NCBI RefSeq assembly: GCF_001194135.2
Contig: NC_068995.1
Coordinates: forward strand, 57,867,822-57,931,821
Reading direction: 5' to 3'
Length of the DNA stretch: 64,000 nucleotides
Source of the DNA: Octopus bimaculoides
Lineage: Eukaryota
This document shows positions 40,938-53,947 of this stretch, one piece after another; position 1 is the stretch's first letter; each line of letters opens with the position of its first letter. The notes beneath the pieces are model-generated. The model saw nothing but the letters and a program-made list of their open reading frames with translations. It was not told the DNA's origin and searched no databases. Both the position numbers and the translations under genes were made by a program.

Positions 40938-41520
40938 TATATTTATATATACGTTTTTATCACATAATCACAGGAATTTTATACATAACCATACATAAAA
41001 ACGCATATACGTACATATATGAACACACATATATATGATTATTTATACACAGTTACTTGTATCTACGAAAAGGTGTGTGCATCCAAGTTTCTGTATATGT
41101 GAATATAGTTATGTGAGTGTGTGTCTCATTTCATATATATATGTATATGTATATGTGTGTGTGTGTGTGTGTGCGTGTGCGTGTGCGTGTATGTATGTAT
41201 GTAAGTATATGTATGTATGTACAAGCAGAGGGAGAGAGAGATTTGACAAAATATTCTTTGGCAGGAAAGACTTTGGTTGCATCTACTTATGTAAATTTTA
41301 AAAATATTATTATAGGTTCCATGGAGGTGATACATTTGAAGTGCTACAGTAATTTATGTTTGTATATGTATATTTTTAATATGTCTACATATATAGATAT
41401 ATATACACATATATATGTGTATGTATGTATGTATGCATGTATATATGTATGTATATACATATATGTATGTATGTATGTGTATATATGTTTGTCTACACAC
41501 ACGCACACTCACACACACAC

Positions 41521-41562
<42 letters not shown>

Positions 41563-41571
41563 TTTAATTTT

Positions 41572-41722
41572 TACCTGCTTCAATCATTAGATTGCGGCCA
41601 TGCTGGGGCACCGCCTTGAATTTTTAGTCGAATGAATCAAACCCAATACTTATTTTTAAGCCTGGTACTTATTCTATCGGTCTCGTTTACTGGACGTAAA
41701 CACACCAACACCGGTTATCAAG
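41572..41722 (-). mobile_element. SINE family B 3' module
   Basis: gcggccatgctggggcaccgcctt..ggtacttattctatcggtctc..acgtaaacacaccaacaccggtt is the reverse complement of the module at 13365-13520. Confidence 0.65.
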
Positions 41723-41780
41723 TAAATATGTGAAATTATGTTTGAGGTTATAAGAGCAGAAGAGTTGTCTATAAATGCAA

Positions 41781-41827
<47 letters not shown>

Positions 41828-41927
41828 CATACACACATGTGCCCAACACATCACTACACGCACACACATACGCATATACATATACACACGCGCGCATATA
41901 CATACACACGTGTATGCATATGTACAA

Positions 41928-41965
<38 letters not shown>

Positions 41966-42489
41966 ATATATGCATGCTCAACATCATCCTTGTATAGATA
42001 TATGCCTACATTTATATACAGACATTTATATAAATGAATATACATACACAAACATAAAACGTATACATATATGTACACTCGCTGCAAACATGAATATATA
42101 TATATATACACACACACACACCCTCCTATCTATTAACACACCTACAACTGCAGATATAAAAGCGTATATACATACATATATATACAAAGGAAGGAGTCAT
42201 GTGCATGACAGTCACTCTTATGCAACGGATACAGTCTTACACTCATATATATATATATATATACATATACACATACATCCGTACACATATATGCACATGC
42301 ACACATACATATTTAATATATGCTTATACATACAAATACTACACGCGTATTTAGTCATACAATTGAATAAAGAGGGAAAAATATATACAAAAGATATATA
42401 TAAACCAGCAAAAATATATAAGAAATGTTAAGACATATGAAAGGCTTGTACATTGACATAATATAAAAAGCAGTTTCTATCTGTGACCT

Positions 42490-42915
42490 TGGTGGGCCCA
42501 AAAATGTAACAAGTATTTTGTCATATGTGGACATGATCCAAAAAGTTCAATTTTTGACTTTAGACATGTAGCGGGATCTAAAGAACTTTTCCTGATGAGC
42601 CATCTTTCCATATCGCAAAACCGCACTTTCCACTGCTGTTGCTGTAAGGTTTACACTTGGCCAAGATCTTCCAGTGAATCTTATAGTTGACACCTTGTTT
42701 TTTTAAGGACCACATATAACTGGATAATTTGTCATTTTTATTTTATCCCAGTGTCTGAACCTAGCTTTAAAATTTCCCTCTGTGAGACCCACATATTTCT
42801 TTGACGATACTGTGTCCATAACGGTCGTAGAATTTACGGTGGCTTCATAAATGATGGTCTCGGTCATGCAAGCTCAGCGGGCACAAGTCTTTATCTCTGC
42901 AGGAACAGCGGGCAT
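42490..42915 (-). mobile_element. Penelope-like element, GIY-YIG endonuclease fragment (Naiad-like)
   Basis: Frameshifted minus translation: RCSCRDKDLCPL / ETIIYEATV..KKYVGLTEGNFKARF / LSSYMWSLKKQGVNYKIHWKILAKCKPYSNSSGKC / ..LKSKIELFGSCPHMTKYLL. This matches the recalled CxC..CPL / IY..YIG / LS.YIW.LK / C.LC / CRH layout. Confidence 0.8.
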
Positions 42916-43463
42916 CATGTTGTTATTTTTGTATATTGTGTGTAATTATATTTTTAAAATTTGTGATTGAACTAAAATTAATTTTTAGGTTTTGCCTATT
43001 AAAGTTTCCTATATTTATGATTTATTGGAAAGTGTTTATCTATAAGTAATAAGAAATATTTACTTATATTAAAGGTCACTTCGGAGGAGTACAGGTATGT
43101 GAACCAGATTATTTTCCTATTCCCGTTGTTTTCTTATCTTTATTTCTGGACTAATAACAGGTGTATCAGTTATTTCCTGTCTAAAACCACTATTATATAT
43201 TGGGGCAGCATTATTAAATGTGTTTATATCGGAGAAGAGGCTAGAAATTCTAATATTTATAACTCTATTCTTAAACACTATGGGTGGGGCAGGAACCTAC
43301 ATTAACATAACTAAGTCTATCGTTGGGCTTTCTATAGGGTTTGTAAATATTCTTATTTAAATCTTAGCGTTTCTTGTCTTAACTTATGAAAACTGCCTAG
43401 AAGCTCTCAGTTCCTGTATTTGAAACTCTGAGTATTATTATGACAACTTATCGATTGTCCTAT

Positions 43464-43501
<38 letters not shown>

Positions 43502-43502
<1 letters not shown>

Positions 43503-43660
43503 CGTACGACTGGCTTCTTTCAGTTTCCGTCTAGCAAATTCACTCACAAGGTTTTGGTCGGCCCGAGGCTATAGTAGAAGACATTTGCCTAAGGTACCAC
43601 ACAGTGTAACTGAACCCGGAACCATGTGGTTGGGAAGCAAGCTACTTACCACACAGCCAC
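43502..43660 (-). mobile_element. SINE family B
   Basis: ggcttctttcagtttccgtct..ggtcggcccgaggctatagtagaagaca..gaacccggaaccatgtggttgggaagcaagctacttaccacacagccac. Confidence 0.85.
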
Positions 43661-44189
43661 ACAAGCACACACATAATACACATTAAGTACAGGACACCAC
43701 CAACGAGTGAAAAATACGTAAACACACACACACACACACATATAGATAGACACATACATTCATACATACATACATACAAAGCTAGATAGACAGAGATATA
43801 TAGATATAGATACACAGATATATATATAAATATATATATATACATATATGTATGTGAGTGTATATGTACATATATGTATGTATATGTGTATATATGTATA
43901 TATGTGTGTATATGTGTGTGTGTGATGTTTTGTATGTGTGTGTATATATGTATATATATGTATATATGTATGTATATATATATATATATGTATATATGTA
44001 TATATATGTATATATATGTATATATGCATATGTGTGTATGTATGTATATATGTGTGTTTGTATATGTATATGTACATGTATATATATGCATATGTGTGTG
44101 TATGGTGGTTTGTATGTGTATAGATTTTTTAAGTATATATAATTTTATAATATATTTTAATATGAGGTTTTTTAAACATATTTTTATAT

Positions 44190-44222
<33 letters not shown>

Positions 44223-44866
44223 ATNNNNNNNNNNNNNNNNNNNNNNNNNNNNNNNNNNNNNNNNNNNNNNNNNNNNNNNNNNNNNNNNNNNNNNNNNNNN
44301 NNNNNNNNNNNNNNNNNNNNNNNNNNNNNNNNNNNNNNNNNNNNNNNNNNNNNNNNNNNNNNNNNNNNNNNNNNNNNNNNNNNNNNNNNNNNNNNNNNNN
44401 NNNNNNNNNNNNNNNNNNNNNNNNNNNNNNNNNNNNNNNNNNNNNNNNNNNNNNNNNNNNNNNNNNNNNNNNNNNNNNNNNNNNNNNNNNNNNNNNNNNN
44501 NNNNNNNNNNNNNNNNNNNNNNNNNNNNNNNNNNNNNNNCATGAACGGTTTGTGTTTTTAAACGGAATGTATTTTTTCTGATGTTATATCTGCTCCTGAA
44601 TGATGTGTAAAGAAATTTTGATTTAAGCATCTTAATGAATTCTTTATACTGAAATATATATTGAAGAAGATAAATATGTCCTTTTGAATTTATACGTTTT
44701 TGCGTCGTAACTCCTTTATTATTATTAATATAACCAAAAGGATCGATTCTTGAAGAGTCTGCATACCTTCACTGTCGTTTTTTTCTGCTATTTTGGTGAT
44801 GATTTTTTAAGTTAGCTTACCAATTATTTTTGTTGGTAGTTAATTTATAATTTATTGTTATATATG

Positions 44867-44897
<31 letters not shown>

Positions 44898-45564
44898 TGT
44901 ATATGTATATATGTATGTGTATGTGTGTATATGTATGCATACACATACATGCATACAGTACTCCTACTTACATAACCTACCTCCCTGTATACTCTGACCT
45001 ACCGTTCTTGTTTTGTCTAAGAAAGAAAGAGAGAAAGATGTAACGCATGGAAAGGAAAACACGTGTCCGGCTGACGAAATAACAACGAGCTGGGTGTGCC
45101 TTTTGGAGCCATCTGTTAACAGAGAGTAGAACCCACTACATTTATAACCCAATACTTAGACATTGGGTGTGTCTCCGACAACAGGCTGCTGTCACTGAGC
45201 TGGGGAGGACCTCTCCACCCAACAAACACTCACAGCTACACACTCACACTCACACGCGCTCACGCACGTTCATGCAGATGAGCGAATATTAACACGAACA
45301 TGCACATAACGTACATATAGGTATACATTGGAGCATTGACATATACGCACGTACCCACACACACACACACACACATTCGTAGACACATAAATATGCGCAT
45401 ATACATACCCACAAATACACTCGTAGTCACATATTGACATTAATACACATATGATCATAAACACATATTAAGACATGCACACACACACATCAAATATATG
45501 TGAGTGTGTGTGCGCGAGTGTGTGTATGTTATATGCGTGGTGTATCGCTCTCTCTTTCTCTCTT

Positions 45565-45610
<46 letters not shown>

Positions 45611-47223
45611 NNNNNNNNNNNNNNNNNNNNNNNNNNNNNNNNNNNNNNNNNNNNNNNNNNNNNNNNNNNNNNNNNNNNNNNNNNNNNNNNNNNNNNNNNN
45701 NNNNNNNNNNNNNNNNNNNNNNNNNNNNNNNNNNNNNNNNNNNNNNNNNNNNNNNNNNNNNNNNNNNNNNNNNNNNNNNNNNNNNNNNNNNNNNNNNNNN
45801 NNNNNNNNNNNNNNNNNNNNNNNNNNNNNNNNNNNNNNNNNNNNNNNNNNNNNNNNNNNNNNNNNNNNNNNNNNNNNNNNNNNNNNNNNNNNNNNNNNNN
45901 NNNNNNNNNNNNNNNNNNNNNNNNNNNNNNNNNNNNNNNNNNNNNNNNNNNNNNNNNNNNNNNNNNNNNNNNNNNNNNNNNNNNNNNNNNNNNNNNNNNN
46001 NNNNNNNNNNNNNNNNNNNNNNNNNNNNNNNNNNNNNNNNNNNNNNNNNNNNNNNNNNNNNNNNNNNNNNNNNNNNNNNNNNNNNNNNNNNNNNNNNNNN
46101 NNNNNNNNNNNNNNNNNNNNNNNNNNNNNNNNNNNNNNNNNNNNNNNNNNNNNNNNNNNNNNNNNNNNNNNNNNNNNNNNNNNNNNNNNNNNNNNNNNNN
46201 NNNNNNNNNNNNNNNNNNNNNNNNNNNNNNNNNNNNNNNNNNNNNNNNNNNNNNNNNNNNNNNNNNNNNNNNNNNNNNNNNNNNNNNNNNNNNNNNNNNN
46301 NNNNNNNNNNNNNNNNNNNNNNNNNNNNNNNNNNNNNNNNNNNNNNNNNNNNNNNNNNNNNNNNNNNNNNNNNNNNNNNNNNNNNNNNNNNNNNNNNNNN
46401 NNNNNNNNNNNNNNNNNNNNNNNNNNNNNNNNNNNNNNNNNNNNNNNGTGGACAAGAAAGAGGGAGGGTTTGAGGCTGACGAAGCAGGTGAGAGAGAAAT
46501 GAAAGGAAAGAGAAAAGGAAGGAGAAGAGCATTATAGTGCTGGTGCGGTGGGGACAGTGTTTCTAGAGAGTTTTTCGTGGTTGGCGCTAGAGATATATTT
46601 TCTTTTAGCAAAGGTGAGATTTAGGATGTTTGCCTTTCTCTTTGAGCTTATAAGAGAGAGAGAGAGAAAGGGTGAGAGGGGCTAATCATTCATCCAAACT
46701 ACTAAAAAGGTTCTGATGAACTGAGTGAGAGGCAGAGGAACATGGGAAAGAGGAGTGGTTATGTATAGTTTGTCAGCTGATTGAGAATGAAAAAGACGAC
46801 TGGGCGCTGCAGTTTGGACGCTGGCAATTTGCCACGGTTGGCTGGGCACTGAGCCTGTTTTAGTGACTGTACTTTTTGGCATTGGAGACAAACAGTCACA
46901 TGCACGCCCACGCATATCGAAAGAGAGAGGGAGTGTTGAGAGATACATTACCATTTATTAATTAAATATGATTGACATAAACACTTTACTCTCTCCTCAG
47001 ACACAGAAAGGGAAATATGCTGACACACATTAACAGAGAGAAGAGGGGAATGAGAGAGAATAAGAGACTATACGATAGACACAGAGAGAGAGCGACAGAG
47101 AGAGAACGAGAGAAACATTAAAACGTCTGATGTTAAATGAGTCAGCGTTGAATGATTGACACCTAATTGGCGGGCCAAAATGGCTGCGCAAAAACGTCTT
47201 ATTCCCAACTGAGAAGAGTGATT

Positions 47224-47593
47224 TACGAGGGTGAGTCAAGAAGTAAAGCTATTTTGTTTAGGACGGATATAATTACCAATCGTCACCAGATTTAGGGCCT
47301 TCAGACTATCATCTCTTCGGCCCCACGAAAGAGGGTTTGAGAGGCAGACATTATTCCAGTGACGAGGAAGTGAAAACTGTAGTGAAGAACAGTCAACAGA
47401 ATTTTATGGGGCAGGGAGACATGCTCTCATTCGAAGGTGGAACATTGCTATTGAGAGAAATGGTGACTATGTTGAGAAGTAGGGATGTGATCCACAGAGG
47501 ACCAGCTTCATTTAGATGTATGATACATGTTCCTGTGTAGGTAATTATACCTGTCCTAAACAAAATGGCATTACTTTTTGACTCACCCTCGTA
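47224..47593 (+). mobile_element. mariner deletion derivative (MITE-like) with both TIRs and TA target duplication
   Basis: TA|cgagggtgagtcaagaagtaa..tttaggacggatataattacc (to 47277) and its near reverse complement ggtaattatacctgtcctaaa..ttactttttgactcaccctcg|TA (47540-47593). The interior encodes SPDLGPSDYHLFGPTKEGLRGRHYSSDEEVKTVV, the mariner YSPDLAPSD motif. Confidence 0.9.
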
Positions 47594-49666
47594 GATTAAC
47601 AGAAGAAGAACTTGAAGGATGTGCGTGTGTGCTTGTTAGTTTATGCANNNNNNNNNNNNNNNNNNNNNNNNNNNNNNNNNNNNNNNNNNNNNNNNNNNNN
47701 NNNNNNNNNNNNNNNNNNNNNNNNNNNNNNNNNNNNNNNNNNNNNNNNNNNNNNNNNNNNNNNNNNNNNNNNNNNNNNNNNNNNNNNNNNNNNNNNNNNN
47801 NNNNNNNNNNNNNNNNNNNNNNNNNNNNNNNNNNNNNNNNNNNNNNNNNNNNNNNNNNNNNNNNNNNNNNNNNNNNNNNNNNNNNNNNNNNNNNNNNNNN
47901 NNNNNNNNNNNNNNNNNNNNNNNNNNNNNNNNNNNNNNNNNNNNNNNNNNNNNNNNNNNNNNNNNNNNNNNNNNNNNNNNNNNNNNNNNNNNNNNNNNNN
48001 NNNNNNNNNNNNNNNNNNNNNNNNNNNNNNNNNNNNNNNNNNNNNNNNNNNNNNNNNNNNNNNNNNNNNNNNNNNNNNNNNNNNNNNNNNNNNNNNNNNN
48101 NNNNNNNNNNNNNNNNNNNNNNNNNNNNNNNNNNNNNNNNNNNNNNNNNNNNNNNNNNNNNNNNNNNNNNNNNNNNNNNNNNNNNNNNNNNNNNTAAAGA
48201 TCCTGCTTGGGAGGTTGGTAGAGGAGCAGTGGTGAAAAGTTAAGAGCTATCCATAACAATTTCCAATTTGAGGGAGCATGGTGAACATTGTAAAACATTT
48301 AAAATGTCTTTAGGAGATGAGTGGGAGCTGAGGCTTAAGTTAAGTCACTCATAAAAGTATCTAATCTGAGAGTGAGTGGAATATCGTTGTTACGTAATGG
48401 CGTTCAGAGCCGTTAGTTCCGTCGTTTTGAAGGTTTGTCATTTGTTTTGCTGGTCGTCGTCGTCAACAACAGCAACAAAACAATAACCACTCTACCATCA
48501 TCAACAGCAGCTCCACAAACACCACCACCATCATCATCATCATCGTCATCATCAAGCCCCCAGATGCATTATCACTATCACCACCACCACCACCACTACA
48601 ACCATTCTCACACTGCCAAACTCTTTCACCATCATCACCACTATCATCATCATCATCGTCGTCATCAACAGCAGCAGCAACTGTAACAGTAGATGTAAAC
48701 ACTACATCACGGTACCACACGAGTAGGTTCATGTTCAGACCAGTCGAGCTTTCCAGTTGATCAAGTTGCGACATGTTTCTTTCAGTCGAGGTTGTAATGG
48801 TGGTGGTGGTGGTGGTGGTGGGTATATGAGTTTGTTTATGAATGTGTGTGCGTGCGAATGTGTGTGGTATTTGATGATGACGACGACGGTGGAAGCGGCA
48901 GGGGTGGCGGTTGTGTCAATAGTAATGGAAGGAAGCTAGTACACACCTTGCTTCCCCTTTATAGAGAAATAAGCCATAAAAATTGCCCCAGGATCACTCT
49001 TTTGCCTATCGACTTCGAGCTCCTCGCTGCAAGATGCTATGATTCTAATATATTGAACCTTCTGGCCCCCAACTCGAGGCCCTTTCCTCTTCCCTTCGTT
49101 TATTTTATGCATTTGGATTCACTCTGATGAAGCTCCATTCACTAGATCGAACATGCTATGAAGATGAATATTATTTTCGGAATTTCTTTCGTAAGCACCG
49201 ACTGACATTGGAAGCGAAACGGTCGTAAGAAATTTCTTAGTATATTCTCCATTTTCTGACCACGTCGTCTTATATCAATATAATATATTTATAGATAATT
49301 TCGTTTTTAGAATTACAAAATATTTATAGATATACTCACGTGCGCGCATACGCACGTTCACATGTACATATGGGATCTTTGTGATTTGACGGCCAACACT
49401 TGTTTTCTTAATGAAACACTTTCAAACTTGGGACACTGGTAGAATGTGTCATATAAAACAACTTCTCTTAACCTTCTTAACAAAAAATTGTACATCGCAA
49501 GTTATTTCATGTTAAAGTTGTCGTATTTCTGTAATTTCAACCAATCACTGACGTCTATTCAGCTGAATACAGTTAGTGCTGTTCGGTGTCAAGTGTGTTA
49601 TTCCCTGTTTAATTATATCATTATTCCCTAGTAAGGGAAGACTTGGTCGCATTTGCGAAAGCGACA

Positions 49667-51465
49667 CTAGGGCTTTAAAAAGCCGTGGTGCTGGCTAGAG
49701 AGACTAGGGCTTTTAAAAGTCGTGGTGCTGATTAGAGAGACTAGGGCTTTTAAAAGTCGTGGTGCTGACTAGANNNNNNNNNNNNNNNNNNNNNNNNNNN
49801 NNNNNNNNNNNNNNNNNNNNNNNNNNNNNNNNNNNNNNNNNNNNNNNNNNNNNNNNNNNNNNNNNNNNNNNNNNNNNNNNNNNNNNNNNNNNNNNNNNNN
49901 NNNNNNNNNNNNNNNNNNNNNNNNNNNNNNNNNNNNNNNNNNNNNNNNNNNNNNNNNNNNNNNNNNNNNNNNNNNNNNNNNNNNNNNNNNNNNNNNNNNN
50001 NNNNNNNNNNNNNNNNNNNNNNNNNNNNNNNNNNNNNNNNNNNNNNNNNNNNNNNNNNNNNNNNNNNNNNNNNNNNNNNNNNNNNNNNNNNNNNNNNNNN
50101 NNNNNNNNNNNNNNNNNNNNNNNNNNNNNNNNNNNNNNNNNNNNNNNNNNNNNNNNNNNNNNNNNNNNNNNNNNNNNNNNNNNNNNNNNNNNNNNNNNNN
50201 NNNNNNNNNNNNNNNNNNNNNNNNNNNNNNNNNNNNNNNNNNNNNNNNNNNNNNNNNNNNNNNNNNNNNNNNNNNNNNNNNNNNNNNNNNNNNNNNNNNN
50301 NNNNNNNNNNNNNNNNNNNNNNNNNNNNNNNNNNNNNNNNNNNNNNNNNNNNNNNNNNNNNNNNNNNNNNNNNNNNNNNNNNNNNNNNNNNNNNNNNNNN
50401 NNNNNNNNNNNNNNNNNNNNNNNNNNNNNNNNNNNNNNNNNNNNNNNNNNNNNNNNNNNNNNNNNNNNNNNNNNNNNNNNNNNNNNNNGCTAGAGAGACT
50501 AGGGCTTTTAAAAGTCGTGGTGCTGATTAGAGAGACTAGGGCTTTTAAAAGTCGTGGTGCTGACTAGATAGACTAGGGCTTTTAAAAGCCGTGGTGCTAA
50601 CTAGAGAGACTAGGGCTTTTAAAATCCGTGGTGCTGACTAGAGAGACTAGGGCTTTTAAAAGCCGTGGTGCTGACNNNNNNNNNNNNNNNNNNNNNNNNN
50701 NNNNNNNNNNNNNNNNNNNNNNNNNNNNNNNNNNNNNNNNNNNNNNNNNNNNNNNNNNNNNNNNNNNNNNNNNNNCGTGGTGCTGACTAGAGAATCTAGG
50801 GCTTTTAAAAGTCGTGGTGCTGACTTGAGAGATTAGGGCTTTTAAAAGTCGTGGTGCTGACTGGAGAAACTAGGTCTTTTAAAAGTCGTGGTGCTGACTA
50901 GAGAGACTAGGGCTTTTAAAAGTCGTGGTGCTGATTAGAGAGACTAGGGCTTTTAAAAGTCGTGGTGCTGACTAGAGAAACTAGGGCTTTTAAAAGTCGT
51001 GGTGCTGACTAGAGAGACTAGGGTNNNNNNNNNNGCTTTTAAAAGCCATGGTGCTGATTAGAGAGACTAGGGCTTTTAAAAGTCGTGGTGCTGACTAGAG
51101 AATCTAGGGCTTTTAAAAGTCGTGGTGCTGAATAGAGAGACTAGGGCTTTTAAAAGTCGTGGTGCTGACTAGAGAAACTAGGGCTTTTAAAAGTCGTGGT
51201 GCTGACTAGAGAGACTAGGGTTTTAAAATCCGTGGTGCTGACTAGAGAGACTAGGGATTTTAAAAGCCCTGGTGCTGACTAGAGAGACTAGGGCTTTTAT
51301 AAGTCGTGGTGCTGACTAGAGAGACTACGGCTTTTAAAAGCCATGGTGCTGATTAGAGAGACTAGGGCTTTTAAAAGTCGTGGTGCTGACTAGAGAGACT
51401 AGGGCTTTTAAAAGTCGTGGTGCTGATTAGAGAGACTAGGGCTTTTAAAAGCCGTGGTGCTGACT
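49667..51465. repeat. 37-bp tandem satellite array (interrupted by N gaps)
   Basis: Unit ctagggcttttaaaagtcgtggtgctgactagagaga; period 37 (starts at 49704 and 49741); more than 25 visible near-identical copies and no unique spacers. Confidence 0.95.
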
Positions 51466-51684
51466 TGTTCGTCGTTTCCTTCGTCGTTATCGTCATCGTT
51501 GCCGTTGTGTATTGCCAGGTGTATTGCAAAAGTCGGCATTACTTGGAACTGCGTGCATATTGCATAAAGAAGTATGTCCGAGGTCCTCGTTGCGACTTGA
51601 CAAACAGCACAAACCCCCAGCAGACACAATATCTTCAATCAACAGCCTCACGATATTGTACTCTGTGCGACGTCTATACTGATA

Positions 51685-52190
51685 ATAATAAATGGTTCCT
51701 AACTTAAACATGAGGTCAGAAATTTGGTGGAAAGATTAATTGATTAAATTGACGTATTCATTCAAATAAATGAAACCATTCCTGGAAGGAAAAGAGAGAG
51801 AAAATTTGACAGTGTGCCACTGTCTCACTCTCCTATTTACTTTATTGACCCCGGAAAATTGAAAGACATACTCGTTGACTTTAACAGGAGTTGAACTTAT
51901 AATAAATAAATACCGGCGCTTGAATGATTCGACCATTTTGCTACCCTTCAATATATATTTCTTATTGAGATATAAAACCAGAAATCGTGTGCATGTCGGC
52001 TTAGTTGATTAAATCAATCCTGGGGATTAAACGAAACTTTATCCTATCAATCCCGAAAGAGAGAAGACAAAGTTCGTCTCGTTAGGATTTGAAATCAGAA
52101 AATGAGAGGACTGTAACTAAATACCTTGTGGTATTTTGTCTGACGTTCCAACAATTCTACAGAGCCATAACTCGACATACATGACCTTGC
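51685..52190 (-). mobile_element. Two degenerate family A SINEs in tandem
   Basis: tttattgaccccggaaaattgaaagac..gttgaactt and ttatcctatcaatcccgaaag..ggatttgaaatcaga..taaatacc resemble the family A core. Confidence 0.45.
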
Positions 52191-52338
52191 CGTAATTTGA
52201 ACTCAGATTGTTGTGGAATGCTCGAACGGTTCTATCCACTCACCGCCCCAAATTTTATTTCTTTTATAAAAGAAAATGTTATCGTCAGCTGGGTACGACA
52301 TGTCCTATCCAACATACAATACATACAGGCATACATAC

Positions 52339-52384
<46 letters not shown>

Positions 52385-53727
52385 ACATCTTGTTCTGTTT
52401 GCAGAAAACAATCTATGGTTCTCATATCTTATTTCTTCACCGTACTTTTCCAACCCTTTTGTTGAATTTTCTTTTCTTTAATGCTATTATATTTATGTTT
52501 CTTCTTTTTTTCTTCTTCTTTTTCCTTGGTCTGTCTACTCATTTTGTTTTCTCCTTTAAATCTACAACATCCTTTTTGTTGTCACCCAGCTTCTTTGAAA
52601 ATAGACACCATTGTCATATATTTCTTAGATTTTCAGCCTTTACTTCTCTTGCACATGTTAATCTAATAGATCTCTTATATTTTTATAGTTATTTTTCGAA
52701 TTTTCTCTCATATCCCCCCCCCCCTTTCCTGTTGTCCCTTCTCCTATGCTTCGGTGTTATATGCAGTCCATCTATTCTTATATATCCGTGTAAACATATT
52801 TGTGTTCAAAACCTATCGTTCGATATTTTCATGGAGCAGATTATTCTGTCAAATGTTGTGCTTATTTATTCACATTGTTTTGAATTAATGATGCATTTTC
52901 ATGTAGCTTCAAAACTATGTACATATTTAGTATGACATTCTAGGATAAGTGTGAGAGGCTGGATTTGGCCAGTTTTAACATAAAACAGGTAGAATATTTG
53001 AACCAGATTTGGCCGGTTTAAATGCTAAAGTTTCACTCAGGTCAACATTGCTAGAAGTTTCAATTGAGTGCCTTTTTAAAATGAGATCTTAGGTTCATTT
53101 GCGGGAGTGACGCCTAGGCTACAGTTACAACTTTCGCAGATTGAGACTGGCAGAAATCACCCAACCACAGTGTTATATTCTATGTAGTGACAATCCACCA
53201 CTAGGTCCTGTCCTTGTTACGACGTTGTGGCTTGTGTGTCTCAAGGGTCCCGGGACTATGCCAACAAAATGCAAACATCTGTTAAGTCCTTCGATGTTGG
53301 GCGGGTAAAAGAATATAGACCAGATTAATATGGACCACGTCTTCCAAGAGGTAAAAATGAGTTTACGTCGAGTCAGCAGCCTTATCTAGATAAAAGCAAT
53401 TTGCAGAAGAATTGATGACAATTCAAAAGCAACAAAAGCTGAGAGAGAGCAAGGCTTTTCCTCAAGGAAGCAAGGATCCACCGGAGAGGAGCAGAAAAGG
53501 CAGCCCAGAGTCATGAACAGTGAAGAATAATCATCTATGGCCCCTAGTTCATAGGGAGCGAAGCACTTAAGTAAAAACAATATACATAATGACAATATTT
53601 ATAGTGTAAATCAAGTACAAGGCTACAAATATGTTAAAGGGAATTCCACAATGCTCTGGCCCCGGACAAAATAAAAGGTAACTGAAAGTTAGAAAGAAGA
53701 GGGGAGGTGTTAAACTCTATAAGGATC

Positions 53728-53947
53728 AAAGGTCCTTCCCGAACCAGAGACTCAGAAGGTCGGTTTCCCAAATTCTCCCTTTCGATGAGACGCCGATCCG
53801 TCGCAGAATTACTCATTTTTGCCAGCTGGGTAGATTGGAATACATAAAAGGAAGTGTTTTGCTCAAGAATATAACGCATTGTCCGATCTAGGAATCGAAA
53901 CCACAGTCTTACGATCATGAGCCTAATACTCTAATCACTAAACCACG
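53728..53947 (-). mobile_element. SINE family C
   Basis: Reverse complement: cgtggtttagtgattagagtattaggctcatgatcgtaag..gtttcgattcc..ttcttgagcaaaacactt..ctgcgacggatcggcgtc..gaaaccgacc (tRNA-like head plus family C body). Confidence 0.65.

Noticed and set aside
45475-46611. Longest ORFs in the track (330-360 aa), and similar ones at 15.3, 25.5, 31.3, 47.6 and 49.8 kb
   Set aside because: They consist almost entirely of X residues from N gaps plus microsatellite translations.
49667-51465. CRISPR-like regular repeat array
   Set aside because: The units are contiguous tandem copies with no unique spacers, no cas genes are present, and the context is eukaryotic.
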